This document shows, piece after piece, positions 1 to 10,160 of a stretch of 64,000 bases of DNA. Numbering within the stretch: position 1 is the stretch's first letter; each line of letters opens with the position of its first letter. The stretch spans positions 37,160-101,159 of the forward strand of contig JBBTCT010000029.1 of NCBI GenBank assembly GCA_038060895.1, in the 5' to 3' direction. The notes beneath the pieces are model-generated. The model saw only the letters and a program-made list of their open reading frames with translations. It was not told the origin of the DNA and made no database searches. The DNA comes from Planctomycetota bacterium (GTDB lineage Bacteria; Planctomycetota; MHYJ01; WSZJ01). The translations under genes and the position numbers were made by a program.

Positions 1-2318
1 CCGTCGATGAGTTCCCACGCATCGGACGTCGCGGCGAGCAGGCAGGGAAGCCCTGACTTGTCCACGACGACCGGGGAGACCTGTTCGAAAGACCCTGCCC
101 GGAACCATCGCCGGTTCTGTTGGGCCAGGGAAACCGCGCCGAGGAGGTGCGGGCCGGGCTCAAGCTCTCCCTCGTGAGTGGTTCCCGCAAATACGGCGAT
201 GGCGCCGCAGGCCCGAACGACCTGGATCGAGAGCTTCGGGTCTCCCAGCTCGACGGAAGGCCCGGCCTGGCCCGTGACGGCGTTCAGGATCCAGAGTTTC
301 CCGCCCCGCCCGCCCGCGATCACTTCCCGGACGCCGTCCCCGTCGAGGTCCTCGCAGGGATCGATTCTTGCGGCCCGCGCGCCCTGCCGCGTCGCGCCGG
401 GCTCCTTCCATACGACGGTCTTTCGCGTTTCCCAGCCGTCCGACAGGCCCAGAAAAATGACGCCCAGCCCCGATGCCGAGTCCGACCGGCAGGTGAGAGC
501 CTTCATTCCGCCCAGGTCCATGAGCTCAAGGTTCCACTGCGGCGTGTCGCTCACGGTCTCGCGGCGAAGCACCTTTCCCGAGGCCCCGGACAGGATCACG
601 ACAGCCGTCAGCTCTTCCATCGCGATGTCGTCCGCCCCGTCGCGATCGAGGTCCGGAAGCGAAACCACCCGGCACCCGGACTGGATCGCTTCATCACTCA
701 TTCGCCAGAGTTCGCCGTTGTCGAGCGCGAAGTCCGCGCGCGCCGTCTCACCGCGGAGGATTTCGACGGTGCGCCGCGCATCGAAGCTGCCGGGCGCGGA
801 TACTTCGAGCTCGTGCCGGCCCGTGTCGAGCGGAAGACGGTGGAGCCGGGCGCCGTAGTCCGTGCCGTCCACCTTGATCGCCGCGTCCGCCGGCGCCGCG
901 GTGGCGTCGAGCACGCCCTGGTCGTGCTTGAGGTCGACGCGAATATCCTGAGCGGCACGACGGCGGACCAGGACCGGAATCACCTGCGACTCGTGCCCCG
1001 GTGCGTCGATCCGCAGCTCCTTGACCCCGGCCGCCAGGTCGATGACCAGCGGCCCCTCTCCAGCCACCCAGGCTCTTCCGTCGATCCGGACCGTCGCTCC
1101 CGAAGGGGAGATCTTCATTCGAAGCGTTCCCGGCGACAGGGTCCAGGCGATGGCGAAAGCGCCGCCCGTGATGAGAAGAGCCACCGCGAGGGCTCCCAGG
1201 AACCAGGGAACCGGATGGCGCCGGATCTTCTTCTCGAGGACATACAGCGGCGTCCGGCGCCGCGCATGCCGGAGCGGTTCCCGCTTCAGGCACGCGTCCA
1301 GGTCCTCCAGAAGCGCCGGCACGTCCGGGTAGCGGCGAGCCGGGTCCTTCTCGAGGCACTTCAGGATGATCGCTTCGCAGTCCCGCGAAGCCCCGGGGTC
1401 CAGCTTGCGCGGCGCCAGGGGTTCGCGGTCCACCACCTGGAGAAGGATCTCGGCCGTGGTTTCGCCCACGAACGGCGGGCGGCCCGTGACGGTGTCGTAG
1501 AGCACGGCGCCGATGCCGTAAATGTCGCTTCGCGCGTCGCTTCGCCCCTGTGCCTGCTCCGGCGACATGAAGTTGGGCGTCCCCGCGACGATTCTTGATC
1601 CGCCCGGGATCGAATCGCCGACGTCCGTCGCTTTCGCCAGGCCGAAGTCGAGCACGTACGCGTGGCCCTGCGCATCGATCATGACGTTGGTCGGCTTCAG
1701 GTCGCGATGGATGATCCCGGCCGCGTGGGCCGCGCCGATGCCACGGGCCGCCTGCCTCACCCACTCCAGCACCCGCTCGCGACCCGCTCCCCGCGCCGCC
1801 GCTTCCAGCGTCCGGCCGTCGATGTACTGCATGGCGAGGAAGGGTCTCCCGTCGGCCTCGCCCACCTCGAAGACCTTGGCGATGTTCGGATGGTCCAGGC
1901 CCGCCGCCATCCCCGCCTCCCGCAGGAACCGCGCCCGCGCTTCGCCGCTCTCGAATTTCTTCGGAAGCTTCAGCGCGACCCATCGCCCCAGCCTCCCGTC
2001 CCACGCGCGGAACACTTCGCCCATGCCGCCTTCCCCCAGCTTCGCCAGGATCCAGTACGCCCCGCACCGATTCGCGGGGGCTTTCATCGCCGCGGCGACC
2101 TCGGCCGGAAGAGCGCGCGCCGACGGTGGGCGTAGATCGCGAAGCGCCTCCGGCGCGATCGGGAGGAATTCCGCGAGCCGTCGTCCCGTGCTCTTTTCCT
2201 GCTCGAGCATCGCGGCTTCGACCTGCTGCTCCGTCAGCAGCCCCGCTTCGACTGCGCGGCGAGCCAGGTCGAAGTCGGCGTCGAAGCCTGGTGGATCATC
2301 ACGGCTGGTGGTGGACAT
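1..2318 (-). CDS. Ser/Thr protein kinase with TM segment and C-terminal FG-GAP/VCBS-like repeats (3' end outside window)
   Basis: Frame is open from ATG 2318 to the window edge, so it is absent from the ORF track. Translation shows LGEGGMGEVF, IIHRDLKPTNV, LDFGLAK and GTPNFMSPEQ, then DLDRDGADDI / DLDGDGVREV repeats. Confidence 0.9.
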   Translation of the reverse strand, partial: MSTTSRDDPPGFDADFDLARRAVEAGLLTEQQVEAAMLEQEKSTGRRLAEFLPIAPEALRDLRPPSARALPAEVAAAMKAPANRCGAYWILAKLGEGGMGEVFRAWDGRLGRWVALKLPKKFESGEARARFLREAGMAAGLDHPNIAKVFEVGEADGRPFLAMQYIDGRTLEAAARGAGRERVLEWVRQAARGIGAAHAAGIIHRDLKPTNVMIDAQGHAYVLDFGLAKATDVGDSIPGGSRIVAGTPNFMSPEQAQGRSDARSDIYGIGAVLYDTVTGRPPFVGETTAEILLQVVDREPLAPRKLDPGASRDCEAIILKCLEKDPARRYPDVPALLEDLDACLKREPLRHARRRTPLYVLEKKIRRHPVPWFLGALAVALLITGGAFAIAWTLSPGTLRMKISPSGATVRIDGRAWVAGEGPLVIDLAAGVKELRIDAPGHESQVIPVLVRRRAAQDIRVDLKHDQGVLDATAAPADAAIKVDGTDYGARLHRLPLDTGRHELEVSAPGSFDARRTVEILRGETARADFALDNGELWRMSDEAIQSGCRVVSLPDLDRDGADDIAMEELTAVVILSGASGKVLRRETVSDTPQWNLELMDLGGMKALTCRSDSASGLGVIFLGLSDGWETRKTVVWKEPGATRQGARAARIDPCEDLDGDGVREVIAGGRGGKLWILNAVTGQAGPSVELGDPKLSIQVVRACGAIAVFAGTTHEGELEPGPHLLGAVSLAQQNRRWFRAGSFEQVSPVVVDKSGLPCLLAATSDAWELID

Positions 2319-2387
2319 CGCGGAACATGCTACGCGGATCTCCGCGGTTTCCTCGCGAATCGGACACCCTGCCGCTAGCATCCGGCT

Positions 2388-3137
2388 ATGTCGCGCCGGG
2401 TTCCCTCCTCCCACCTCGCCGGGCTTCCAAGCCCTTCCGGCGGCAAGTTCTGGCCGCAGACCGCGTGGGACCTCGTGCGCCGGGCCCGCGATGCATCGGG
2501 AGCGGAACGTGAGGAAGCGCGCAAACAACTGCTGACGTCCTACTACAAACCCGTTTACCGCTTCTTCGGCCGAGTGCTGCGCGTCGGCGCCGGCCGCGTC
2601 CAGGATCTCACTCAGGAGTTCTTCGCACGCTTCATCGAGAAGGACTTCCTGAAGAACGTGAAGCGCGAGAAGAGCTTTCAGAACTTCCTGAAGCTCGCCT
2701 GTCGTCGCCACTACATCAACTGGTGCGAGGCGGAGCGCCTGCGTCACGGGGGTTCGCGGCCGAATGTGCCGCTGGATGAGTTCGGCTCCTCCGTCGAGGC
2801 GCCGCTTGAGGAAGAACGATTCGGCCGTCTGTTGGACGATGAGCTTCGGGCGGCGCTGCTCGCGGGCGCCATGGAATCGGTCCGGGCGACGCTGATGGCG
2901 GACGGCAGGGAGAAAACGTGGCGTGTCTTCAGTGCCCGGACGAATCCGCCGCGCGGCGAATCGGCGGCCTACGCGGAACTCGCAAAGCAGTTCTCCATCA
3001 GCGTGTTTGACGTCGGGAACCGCGTGGCGGCCGCGCGAAAGCTGTTCCGGGAGGCCCTGCTCGACAGCGTCCGGCGGAACTGCGGGGATCCCGAGGAAGT
3101 TCTCTCCGACCTGGGATTGAAGAAGTTTCTCGATTAG
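2388..3137 (+). CDS. ECF-type RNA polymerase sigma factor (kinase-associated type)
   Basis: N-terminal FWPQTAWDLV motif, YYKPVY..VQDLTQEFF region 2, C-terminal HTH (YAELAKQF...NRVAAARKLF); divergent from a Ser/Thr kinase. Confidence 0.85.
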   Translation: MSRRVPSSHLAGLPSPSGGKFWPQTAWDLVRRARDASGAEREEARKQLLTSYYKPVYRFFGRVLRVGAGRVQDLTQEFFARFIEKDFLKNVKREKSFQNFLKLACRRHYINWCEAERLRHGGSRPNVPLDEFGSSVEAPLEEERFGRLLDDELRAALLAGAMESVRATLMADGREKTWRVFSARTNPPRGESAAYAELAKQFSISVFDVGNRVAAARKLFREALLDSVRRNCGDPEEVLSDLGLKKFLD

Positions 3138-3248
3138 TCACATTTTCCCGCCCGAATTCTTCACTTGCGCGGACGGCTCGCCGGATTAGTTCTCAGGAGT
3201 CCCCCGGGGGCTCCACGAAGCCCTCGCGTGGCAAAGGAGAAGACGGAC

Positions 3249-4652
3249 ATGAATGTCATCGGCCTGTCACTAACCAACCTCGCAACAGCGTTTCTCCTGC
3301 TGGCGGCCTCGTCGACGGGTTTCTCGCAGGCCACCGGCTGGTCTTCAGCAGACTCCATGGGGGTTCCCCGGTCCTTCCATGCGGCGGCCGCGCTTCCGGA
3401 CGGCCGGGTCCTGGTCGCGGGCGGCCACAGCGGCAGCGCGTACCTTGCCAGCGCGGAGGTCTTCGACCCCGCGACGGGCGCCTGGTCCGCTGCCGGCTCA
3501 ATGAGCGTGACCCGGTACACTTTCACCGCCACGGCGCTTCCCGACGGCCGGATCCTGGTGGCCGGCGGCGACGGCGCCAGCGGAGTCCAGGCCAGCGCGG
3601 AGCTGTTCGACCCCGCCACGAACGCCTGGTCGGCCGCCGCGTCCATGAGTTCGCCCCGATGGGTCCACTCGGCGACCGCGCTGCTGGACGGGCGCGTCCT
3701 GGTAGCCGGCGGGGCCGGCGTTAGCTACCTTTCCACAGCGGAGATCTACAACCCCGCGACAAATACGTGGACGGCGGTCGGTTCCATGTCCGTGGCCCGG
3801 TACCACCACACGGCGACCCTCCTTGCGGATGGCCGCGTCCTGGTCACGGGCGGCGATTCCGGGGCAGTCGTTTCGAGCGCGGAGATTTTCGATCCATCGA
3901 CCGATGGATGGACGCCAGCCAGCTCCATGAGTGTGCCTCGCTGGGGTCACAAGGCGACCATTCTTCCCGGAGGCCACGTCCTGGTAGCAGGCGGCTCCTC
4001 GATCAACTCGGGCGGCGGAGCGCTTTCCAGCGCGGAGACCTGGGATCCTGCGACGAACGCCTGGTCGTCCGCCGGCTCAATGAGCTCGGCGCGGTACCAC
4101 CCCACTGCGACCACGCTTCCGGACGGTTCCGTCCTCCTGGCGGGCGGCACTGAGCTCCCCGACTCTGTCGCCAGCGCAGATGTCTACAATCCGGCCACTG
4201 GCAGCTGGGCGCCCGTCGCCTCCATGAGCTCCGCCCGGTACTCCCACGTCGCAGCCCTCCTTGCGGACGGCCGCGTCCTGGTGGCCGGGGGACTCGGCGG
4301 AGGCGTGACTCTCTCCGGCGTGGAGGTGTATCAACCCTCGACTTCCCCGGATGCCCAGGCCGTGATCCAGCAGTCCCTCGACTTCGTCGCGGCAATGTCA
4401 GCCCCCCAGTTCAAGGCGCCGGGCCACCGGAATGCCCTGACCAACCTCCTCGAGCAGGCCCTTCTCGCTCTCCCCGGAGACCCCGCCCTGGCCCGCTCGA
4501 ACCTTAACGACGCCCTCAGGCGTACGGACGGATTTCCGCTACGGGGCGCCCTCGACGTCAACGGACCGGCGGGCAAGGATTGGGTCACTGATCCCTCGGC
4601 CCAGGCGATTCTCTACGAGGCGTTGGTCGAGGCGCTCGACGCCCTGCCGTAG
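3249..4652 (+). CDS. Secreted Kelch-repeat beta-propeller protein
   Basis: SD AAGGAGA before ATG 3249, signal peptide, about 7 repeats of R.xHtATxLxDGRVLVaGG...AExFDP. Confidence 0.9.
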   Translation: MNVIGLSLTNLATAFLLLAASSTGFSQATGWSSADSMGVPRSFHAAAALPDGRVLVAGGHSGSAYLASAEVFDPATGAWSAAGSMSVTRYTFTATALPDGRILVAGGDGASGVQASAELFDPATNAWSAAASMSSPRWVHSATALLDGRVLVAGGAGVSYLSTAEIYNPATNTWTAVGSMSVARYHHTATLLADGRVLVTGGDSGAVVSSAEIFDPSTDGWTPASSMSVPRWGHKATILPGGHVLVAGGSSINSGGGALSSAETWDPATNAWSSAGSMSSARYHPTATTLPDGSVLLAGGTELPDSVASADVYNPATGSWAPVASMSSARYSHVAALLADGRVLVAGGLGGGVTLSGVEVYQPSTSPDAQAVIQQSLDFVAAMSAPQFKAPGHRNALTNLLEQALLALPGDPALARSNLNDALRRTDGFPLRGALDVNGPAGKDWVTDPSAQAILYEALVEALDALP

Positions 4653-4873
4653 ACAACGAGCTCTCCAGGAGAATTGACACGCGACCAGAAGGGGATCCGA
4701 GTCCACCATGAAGCAGGGGCCCGCGAGCGCGCTGGCCTCCCGGCTCAACGGGGATCCGGATCTCCTGGGTCGCACCTGCTGCCCATAGGGTGCAAATGCT
4801 CGGCGGCGATCGCATTTCGCAGTAAGTTCTTTTCGGGTCAAGGGTTGAGGAGAGACAGCGTGGGTGGTTTCGG

Positions 4874-5020
4874 GTGCTGGCGGAGCCAGGGAAGCAGCTC
4901 GGCAAGCAGGTCCTGAAGGCGATCGGTTCCATCGTTTCGCCGGACACCATCCTCGGCTGGTATCGGAAGTTGATCGCGAAGAAGGTCGACGGCTCGAGGC
5001 GGAAGCGCGGTCCCGGCGGG
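4874..5020 (+). pseudogene. Fragment of rve-type integrase/transposase N-terminal region
   Basis: [40 protein letters not shown] resembles the N-terminal part of integrase-core-domain IS proteins; no DDE domain follows. Confidence 0.7.
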
Positions 5021-5148
5021 GTGGTTCTGCCCGGGGCGCAGCCATCAAGCGATGGTCTGCAGCGAATTTCCGGAATTATTCAATCGACTGCGTCGGGCCC
5101 CTGATCTGTGGTTCGTCGGCACGGGGCCGATACGGAGACGCAAGCGAA

Positions 5149-5757
5149 ATGAGCAGATTCCTCCTGGCGGCTTTCCTGGCAACCCTCACCGGCTGTTCTT
5201 CCTATCGCGGGACTGCCCAGACCTTCGAAGGAGACGACCTGGCCGCGCAGGGCTGGATTGCGGTGCGGGACGTGAGGTTAGTGGCGCAGGAAGAGTCGAA
5301 CGACTGCGGAAGTGCCGCCCTGGCGATGGTCCTCGGGTACTGGGGCCACGAAGCGGACGCCCGTTCGATTTCGGAGGCGTGCCACCTCGAGCCGGGAACC
5401 GGCATCAGCGCCGGGGCGCTTCGCGAAGTTGCGCGTGCCCACGGCCTGCGCGCCTACGTTCTGGCGTCGTTCCTGCCGGATCTGGTCCGGGAACTCAGCC
5501 GCGGAAGGCCTGTCGTGGTCGGGTTGGTCAAGCCGGTTGCCGCCGGGGCGCTGGCCCACTTTGAAGTTGTCGTCGGCATTCACCCGGAGAAGTTGCTGGT
5601 CGCGACGCTCGATCCGGGTCACGGCTATCGCAGCAATTCGTTCGATGGATTCCTCGCGGAGTGGCGGTCCGCGGGGTTCGTGACGCTCGTGGTCTTCCCG
5701 CCCGCCCAAAAACCCGCCGCGCCCGTCCCGGCGCTGGCCTTAGGAGAAAAGCAATGA
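5149..5757 (+). CDS. C39-family cysteine peptidase lipoprotein
   Basis: Lipobox LTGC, QEESNDCGSAALAMVL (catalytic Cys), HFEVVVG (His), LDPG (Asp). Confidence 0.85.
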   Translation: MSRFLLAAFLATLTGCSSYRGTAQTFEGDDLAAQGWIAVRDVRLVAQEESNDCGSAALAMVLGYWGHEADARSISEACHLEPGTGISAGALREVARAHGLRAYVLASFLPDLVRELSRGRPVVVGLVKPVAAGALAHFEVVVGIHPEKLLVATLDPGHGYRSNSFDGFLAEWRSAGFVTLVVFPPAQKPAAPVPALALGEKQ

Positions 5758-6191
5758 AGCGACTCGCGATGGTGATGGTTCTGTCGATATCGACTTTGAT
5801 TTACCCGGTGTCCAACGTCGCATTCGCAGGAGGCGCCGAGGGAACCGCGCAGGAAGAGAAGGACTATGAAGCCAGGGAAGCCGCGTCCGCGACGGTTTCT
5901 TCATTCTCCGGCGGATTCGTCGAGTTGTGGATCGGAGCGGCGCTCGTCGCGGCTGCCGTGATCCTCCTGCTACTCATTCTCAGCCCGGGCGGCGGCGGCG
6001 GCGGCGGTGGTGGTGGTGGCGGCGGCGGTGGCGGGTCGGACTCGACAACTCCTTCCGGCGGCAACGACAGGCCGCTGGACTATACGTGTGGCTCCTGCCA
6101 TGGGTCCGGATGGTCGATCAACGGTACCAACCAGGGCGATCACATCTGCCCGATGTGTCACGGGACGGGCGTCGGGAGCGTCGGAAGGTAG
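5754..6191 (+). CDS. Small exported/membrane protein with Gly-Gly motif, TM helix, poly-Gly linker and CxxCxGxG zinc finger
   Basis: ATGA overlap with the peptidase stop and SD AGGAG; signal peptide, DYEAREAAS..FSGG, hydrophobic helix, long Gly run, CGSCHGSG and CPMCHGTG. Confidence 0.8.
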   Translation: MKRLAMVMVLSISTLIYPVSNVAFAGGAEGTAQEEKDYEAREAASATVSSFSGGFVELWIGAALVAAAVILLLLILSPGGGGGGGGGGGGGGGGSDSTTPSGGNDRPLDYTCGSCHGSGWSINGTNQGDHICPMCHGTGVGSVGR

Positions 6192-6196
6192 CTCGA

Positions 6197-6229
6197 CTGC
6201 GGAGGGGCGGAATCCCCGCCCCTCCGCAG
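6197..6229 (+). terminator. GC-rich hairpin after C39 operon
   Basis: 14-bp perfect stem CTGCGGAGGGGCGG/CCGCCCCTCCGCAG; no strong U-tract. Confidence 0.6.
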
Positions 6230-6286
6230 GGCGTTTCAAGCGGAATGGATGCGCGTTCGCGGCCCCGCCGTTATCCTTGCCCGCCC

Positions 6287-6961
6287 ATGAACTGGTCCCG
6301 GCTCTTCATACAGAAGGAACAATTCGCCACCACGGCCTACAAGAAGGTCGAGTGGACGGGGGCTTTCGTGGAGATCGAGGGTGCAAAACTCGCTTCCGGG
6401 TTCGCCGAGGGCGGCAAGGCGAAGAAGCTTGGGAATGGCCGGTGCGAGCTGGAGACGCAGGGGGCGTTTGCGCCGGAGGCGCGCGGTGAATTGCGGGTGT
6501 CCATGAAAGAAGTGGATTTCTGGAGCGAATTTTCCAACGACAAGGTTGCGTTCGGCGCGGGCGAGGATTCGATGCGCGTCCGGCTGGACGAGCCCTCGAT
6601 CCTGCTCGAAGGCCAGCCGGTGGTCACGATCGAGAAGTCGCGCGGAAAAGCGGGCTACCTTCTGCTCGGGGCGACGAAGGGCGACCGGTTTCTCGGGTAC
6701 ATCCCGGCCTCGCTCAAGTCCGCGGGAGTCATGTCGTTCCTGTTCGGCACGAGCGCGCTGACGCCCTGGTTCATACCGGCGCGCGAGCCGTGGGGCGGGA
6801 AGAAGCTGATCGAGGCCGCGAAGGTCCCGCCGGAGATGGGCAAGGCGCTGGGCGACGCCGACGCCTGGAAAGCGCTGGAGGACAATGCGGGCAACCTTCT
6901 GCAGGCGCTTCTCGCCGCGCGGATTCTGTTCGCTGCGATGCAGTTCGTCCGGTACGGGTAG
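6287..6961 (+). CDS. Hypothetical protein
   Basis: Protein-like composition and GC3-rich codons from ATG 6287; no motif recognised. Confidence 0.7.
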   Translation: MNWSRLFIQKEQFATTAYKKVEWTGAFVEIEGAKLASGFAEGGKAKKLGNGRCELETQGAFAPEARGELRVSMKEVDFWSEFSNDKVAFGAGEDSMRVRLDEPSILLEGQPVVTIEKSRGKAGYLLLGATKGDRFLGYIPASLKSAGVMSFLFGTSALTPWFIPAREPWGGKKLIEAAKVPPEMGKALGDADAWKALEDNAGNLLQALLAARILFAAMQFVRYG

Positions 6962-7317
6962 ACCGAAGCGGGCCATCGCCGGAAAATCGGCCGTTTCCCC
7001 GGCCACTCGCGTAAAATTCCCGGCGATCGGGGAATGTTCATTTTCTGCTGAACTCCAGTCCGACTGGTCCGGCGAGGTTCTGCGAGGGATTCACGGTGGC
7101 CAAAGCGGTTCCATTCCTGGGAGCGGACAAGTTTCAGGCGCTGTTCGAGCGCGTGCCGGGGCTCCACCTGGTCCTGTCCTCCGATCTCTGGCATCAAAGG
7201 TCCGCGAGGTCCTGGGCAGACCCTGATCCGACGCGAACCGCCAAATTCGGTGGCGCGCCCGTGCCTCGTGGGGTAGCCTTGCCCCCCCTTCACCCGAGCC
7301 AACGACGGAGAAATCCC

Positions 7318-8526
7318 ATGCCGAAGGCCCTGCGCCAGTTCACTTCCGAAGCCGTCTCCCTCGGCCATCCCGACAAGGTCGCGGACCAGATTTCCGACGC
7401 CGTCCTCGACAACCTGCTCGAGCAGGATCCGCACTCGCGGGTGGCGTGCGAGACGATGCTGAAGAGCGGGCTGGCGATCGTGGCGGGGGAGATCCGGACG
7501 AAGGGGTACGTAGAAGTGCCGAAGCTTGTGAAGCAGGTGGTGAAGGAGATCGGGTACACGGACCCGACGAGCCCGTTCAACTGCTTCTCGGTCGGAGTGC
7601 TGACCTGCCTGGAGCCGCAGAGCGCCGACATTTCGGTCGGCGTGGACGAGAAGAAGGGGAAGGATCTCGGGGCAGGCGACCAGGGGATCATGTTCGGGTA
7701 CGCGTGCAACGAGACGCCCGAGCTGATGCCGATGCCGATCCTGCTGGCGCGCAAGCTGATGAACCGCGCGGCCGAAGTGCGCGAGTCGGGGATCATGAAG
7801 TACCTGCGCCCGGACGCGAAGAGCCAGGTGACGGTCGAGTACGACGGGGAAGTGCCGGTGCGGATCGACACGGTGGTGTTGTCGCTTCAGCACATGCCCG
7901 AAGTGGACGTGAAGAAAACGCTGACCCCGGACGCGATCGAGCAGATTGCGAAGCACGTGATCCCGGCGGAGCTGCTGGACAAGAAGACGAAGTACTACAT
8001 CAACCCGACGGGGCGGTTCGTGGACGGCGGGCCGCAGGCGGACTGCGGGCTGACGGGGCGCAAGATCATCTGCGACACCTACGGCGGGATGGGGCGGCAT
8101 GGCGGCGGCGCCTTCAGCGGGAAGGATCCGACCAAGGTGGACCGGACGGCGGCGTATGCGGCCCGGCATGCGGCGAAGAACGTCGTCGCGGCGGGGCTCG
8201 CGGACCGGATCGAGATCCAGCTGAGCTACGCGATCGGCGTCAGCGAGCCGCTCAGCGTGTACGTGAACACGTTCGGGACGGGGAAGATCAGCGAAGAGAA
8301 GCTTCGCGAGCTCCTGGAGAACAAGGACCTGTTCAGGTTCAGCCCCGGCGCGATGATCGAGCGCTTCCGCCTCCGCCGGCCGATCTACAAAGCCACCGCG
8401 CGGTACGGGCATTTCGGGATCAAGGACGAGTCGCGGTCGTGGGAGCAGACGGACATGGCGGAACGGCTGGCGGAGATCGCGGGAATCGGAAAAAAAAAGG
8501 CCGGTAAGTCGGCGGTAAAGGTCTAG
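7318..8526 (+). CDS. metK: S-adenosylmethionine synthetase
   Basis: [49 protein letters not shown]; SD GGAG before ATG 7318. Confidence 0.98.
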   Translation: MPKALRQFTSEAVSLGHPDKVADQISDAVLDNLLEQDPHSRVACETMLKSGLAIVAGEIRTKGYVEVPKLVKQVVKEIGYTDPTSPFNCFSVGVLTCLEPQSADISVGVDEKKGKDLGAGDQGIMFGYACNETPELMPMPILLARKLMNRAAEVRESGIMKYLRPDAKSQVTVEYDGEVPVRIDTVVLSLQHMPEVDVKKTLTPDAIEQIAKHVIPAELLDKKTKYYINPTGRFVDGGPQADCGLTGRKIICDTYGGMGRHGGGAFSGKDPTKVDRTAAYAARHAAKNVVAAGLADRIEIQLSYAIGVSEPLSVYVNTFGTGKISEEKLRELLENKDLFRFSPGAMIERFRLRRPIYKATARYGHFGIKDESRSWEQTDMAERLAEIAGIGKKKAGKSAVKV

Positions 8527-8543
8527 GAAAAGTACGGCGAAGT

Positions 8544-8607
8544 CAAATCCCAACCCCAACCCCAACTCCAAAACGACCAGGACAGTTGGGATTGGAGTTG
8601 GGATTTG
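8544..8607. repeat. Inverted-repeat cassette built of hexamer units (CCCAAC/GTTGGG)
   Basis: 23-nt arms 8544-8566 and 8585-8607 are reverse complements with 2 mismatches. Confidence 0.8.
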
Positions 8608-8652
8608 TCGTCCGGCGAGCCAGGAATCGTCCCGCTGGCAGGAAGGCACGTA

Positions 8653-10158
8653 ATGCCGCCGAACCGCGGCGACGCTGTCGGGGCGCGCGTCGCGGCCGAG
8701 GGCGGACTCGCCCCGGCGCTTCCATCGCCGCTGAAGCGGTGGGCGCCCGTGCTCCTTCCAGCCGTCGCGGCGCTGGCGATCGCGCGCGAACGGTTCGCGG
8801 ACCTGCCCTGGCATGACGAGGTGTACACGCTCCAGGTCTTCGCGGCGTCCGCCGGGAAGGCGCTGACCGACTACCACGCCCCGAACAATCACGTTCTCTT
8901 CAGCGCCGCGCTCGCCTTCTGGCGCGCCTGCACGCCGGGGGAGGAGTCGATCCTCTCTCTTCGCATTCTTCCCGCACTCTGCTTCGCGGCCTCGGCGGGC
9001 ATCCTCGCCGCCGCGGTGCGGAGGATGGCAGGAAGCGCGTTCGGCGCCGCGGCGGGATGCCTGTTCGCGTCGCTCCATGTGACACAGAACTTCGCTCTTC
9101 AACTTCGCGGGTACGGTCCGTCGTGGCTTCCGATCGCTGGGGCGTTGTGGGCGGCCGTTGCCTGGATTGAGAAACCGCGGACGGCGCTGGTTGTGCTCTT
9201 CGCGGCCTGCGTGGCGTTTGCCGTCGGAATCCTGCCGACGAACGTGTTCCCGGCGATGGCGCTGTCCGCGTGGGCGGCGTGGCCCGCGGTCCGTCTTGGG
9301 CGTCGCCGTGAGGCCGCGGTGTTCGCGCTGGCTCCCCTGGCCGGATTCCTCTTCTATGCGGCCGTCCTTCCGCAACTCCGCGCGCAGGCCGCGGGATTTG
9401 CGCCGCAGGTCAGCCGCGCCGGGTTTCTGGCCGACGCGTTCTTCTCAATCGCGAAGGACCTCGGCTGGCTCGCCCTTCCGGCCCTGATCGGACTGGCGGT
9501 CGTGATCCGTCGCGCTCGCTCGAGCGCCGCCCCCGCCTCCACGGAGCCGGTCGCGATCCTCGCGCTCGCGGCGGCGGCGGCCGCCACAATCCTCGCCCCG
9601 GCGATCCTGCTGCCCCACGCCCCTTACCCCCGTGTCCTCGTCCCTGCCCTTCCGCTCCTCTGCGCTGCGGCCGCAGTCCTGAGTCGGGAAGCGTTCGTCC
9701 GGCTCGGAACGCCGGGCGTGCATCGGGCGGGGGTCGCGCTGGCCGCGGCCTCCGTCGTTGTCGGGCTCTGGCGCGAAGCGACCGCGGATGCTCCCCCTGC
9801 CGGCGCCCGGCCGCATTCCCTCTACCACCAGTATTTCCATCGCGGGTTCCGGCCGGACCTGGCGGTCGAGGCCGCCGCCTTATCCGGCAAAGGCGGCACG
9901 GTTCTCGTCCTCACCGACGACGCCGACCTGCTTTCCCTGACACGCGCGGCTCACGGCGTGCGCGCTCTCGACGTAAGGTTCTCCGGAACATTCGCTCCGT
10001 CTGCGGCCGGGCTGGCGGAAGCGCGGAAAGTCGCCGTCGCGGTCATTGCGACGGACGAATCGTCCGCACGCGGAGCGGTCCGGTCGCTGGGGGAGGTGGA
10101 TCTTCAGGCGATTGCCGACACCGGGTTCTTCAAAGTCTGGCGCGTGACTTTCCGCTGA
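8653..10158 (+). CDS. Polytopic membrane protein, GT-C (ArnT/PMT-like) glycosyltransferase
   Basis: WHDEVYT motif after first TM, YHAPNNHVLF, QLRGY, many TM segments; start uncertain. Confidence 0.7.
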   Translation: MPPNRGDAVGARVAAEGGLAPALPSPLKRWAPVLLPAVAALAIARERFADLPWHDEVYTLQVFAASAGKALTDYHAPNNHVLFSAALAFWRACTPGEESILSLRILPALCFAASAGILAAAVRRMAGSAFGAAAGCLFASLHVTQNFALQLRGYGPSWLPIAGALWAAVAWIEKPRTALVVLFAACVAFAVGILPTNVFPAMALSAWAAWPAVRLGRRREAAVFALAPLAGFLFYAAVLPQLRAQAAGFAPQVSRAGFLADAFFSIAKDLGWLALPALIGLAVVIRRARSSAAPASTEPVAILALAAAAAATILAPAILLPHAPYPRVLVPALPLLCAAAAVLSREAFVRLGTPGVHRAGVALAAASVVVGLWREATADAPPAGARPHSLYHQYFHRGFRPDLAVEAAALSGKGGTVLVLTDDADLLSLTRAAHGVRALDVRFSGTFAPSAAGLAEARKVAVAVIATDESSARGAVRSLGEVDLQAIADTGFFKVWRVTFR

Positions 10159-10160
10159 GG

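Noticed and set aside
4874-5104. Active IS element
   Set aside because: Only about 50 codons resemble a transposase; no catalytic domain or terminal repeats found.
6962-7317. SAM riboswitch upstream of metK
   Set aside because: Only scattered short matches (GAGGGA); the conserved SAM-I/IV core and terminator are not seen.
8490-8498. A9 tract in metK (and A8 near 19483) as a phase-variation or frameshift site
   Set aside because: They encode Lys runs in intact frames; no alternative product is evident.
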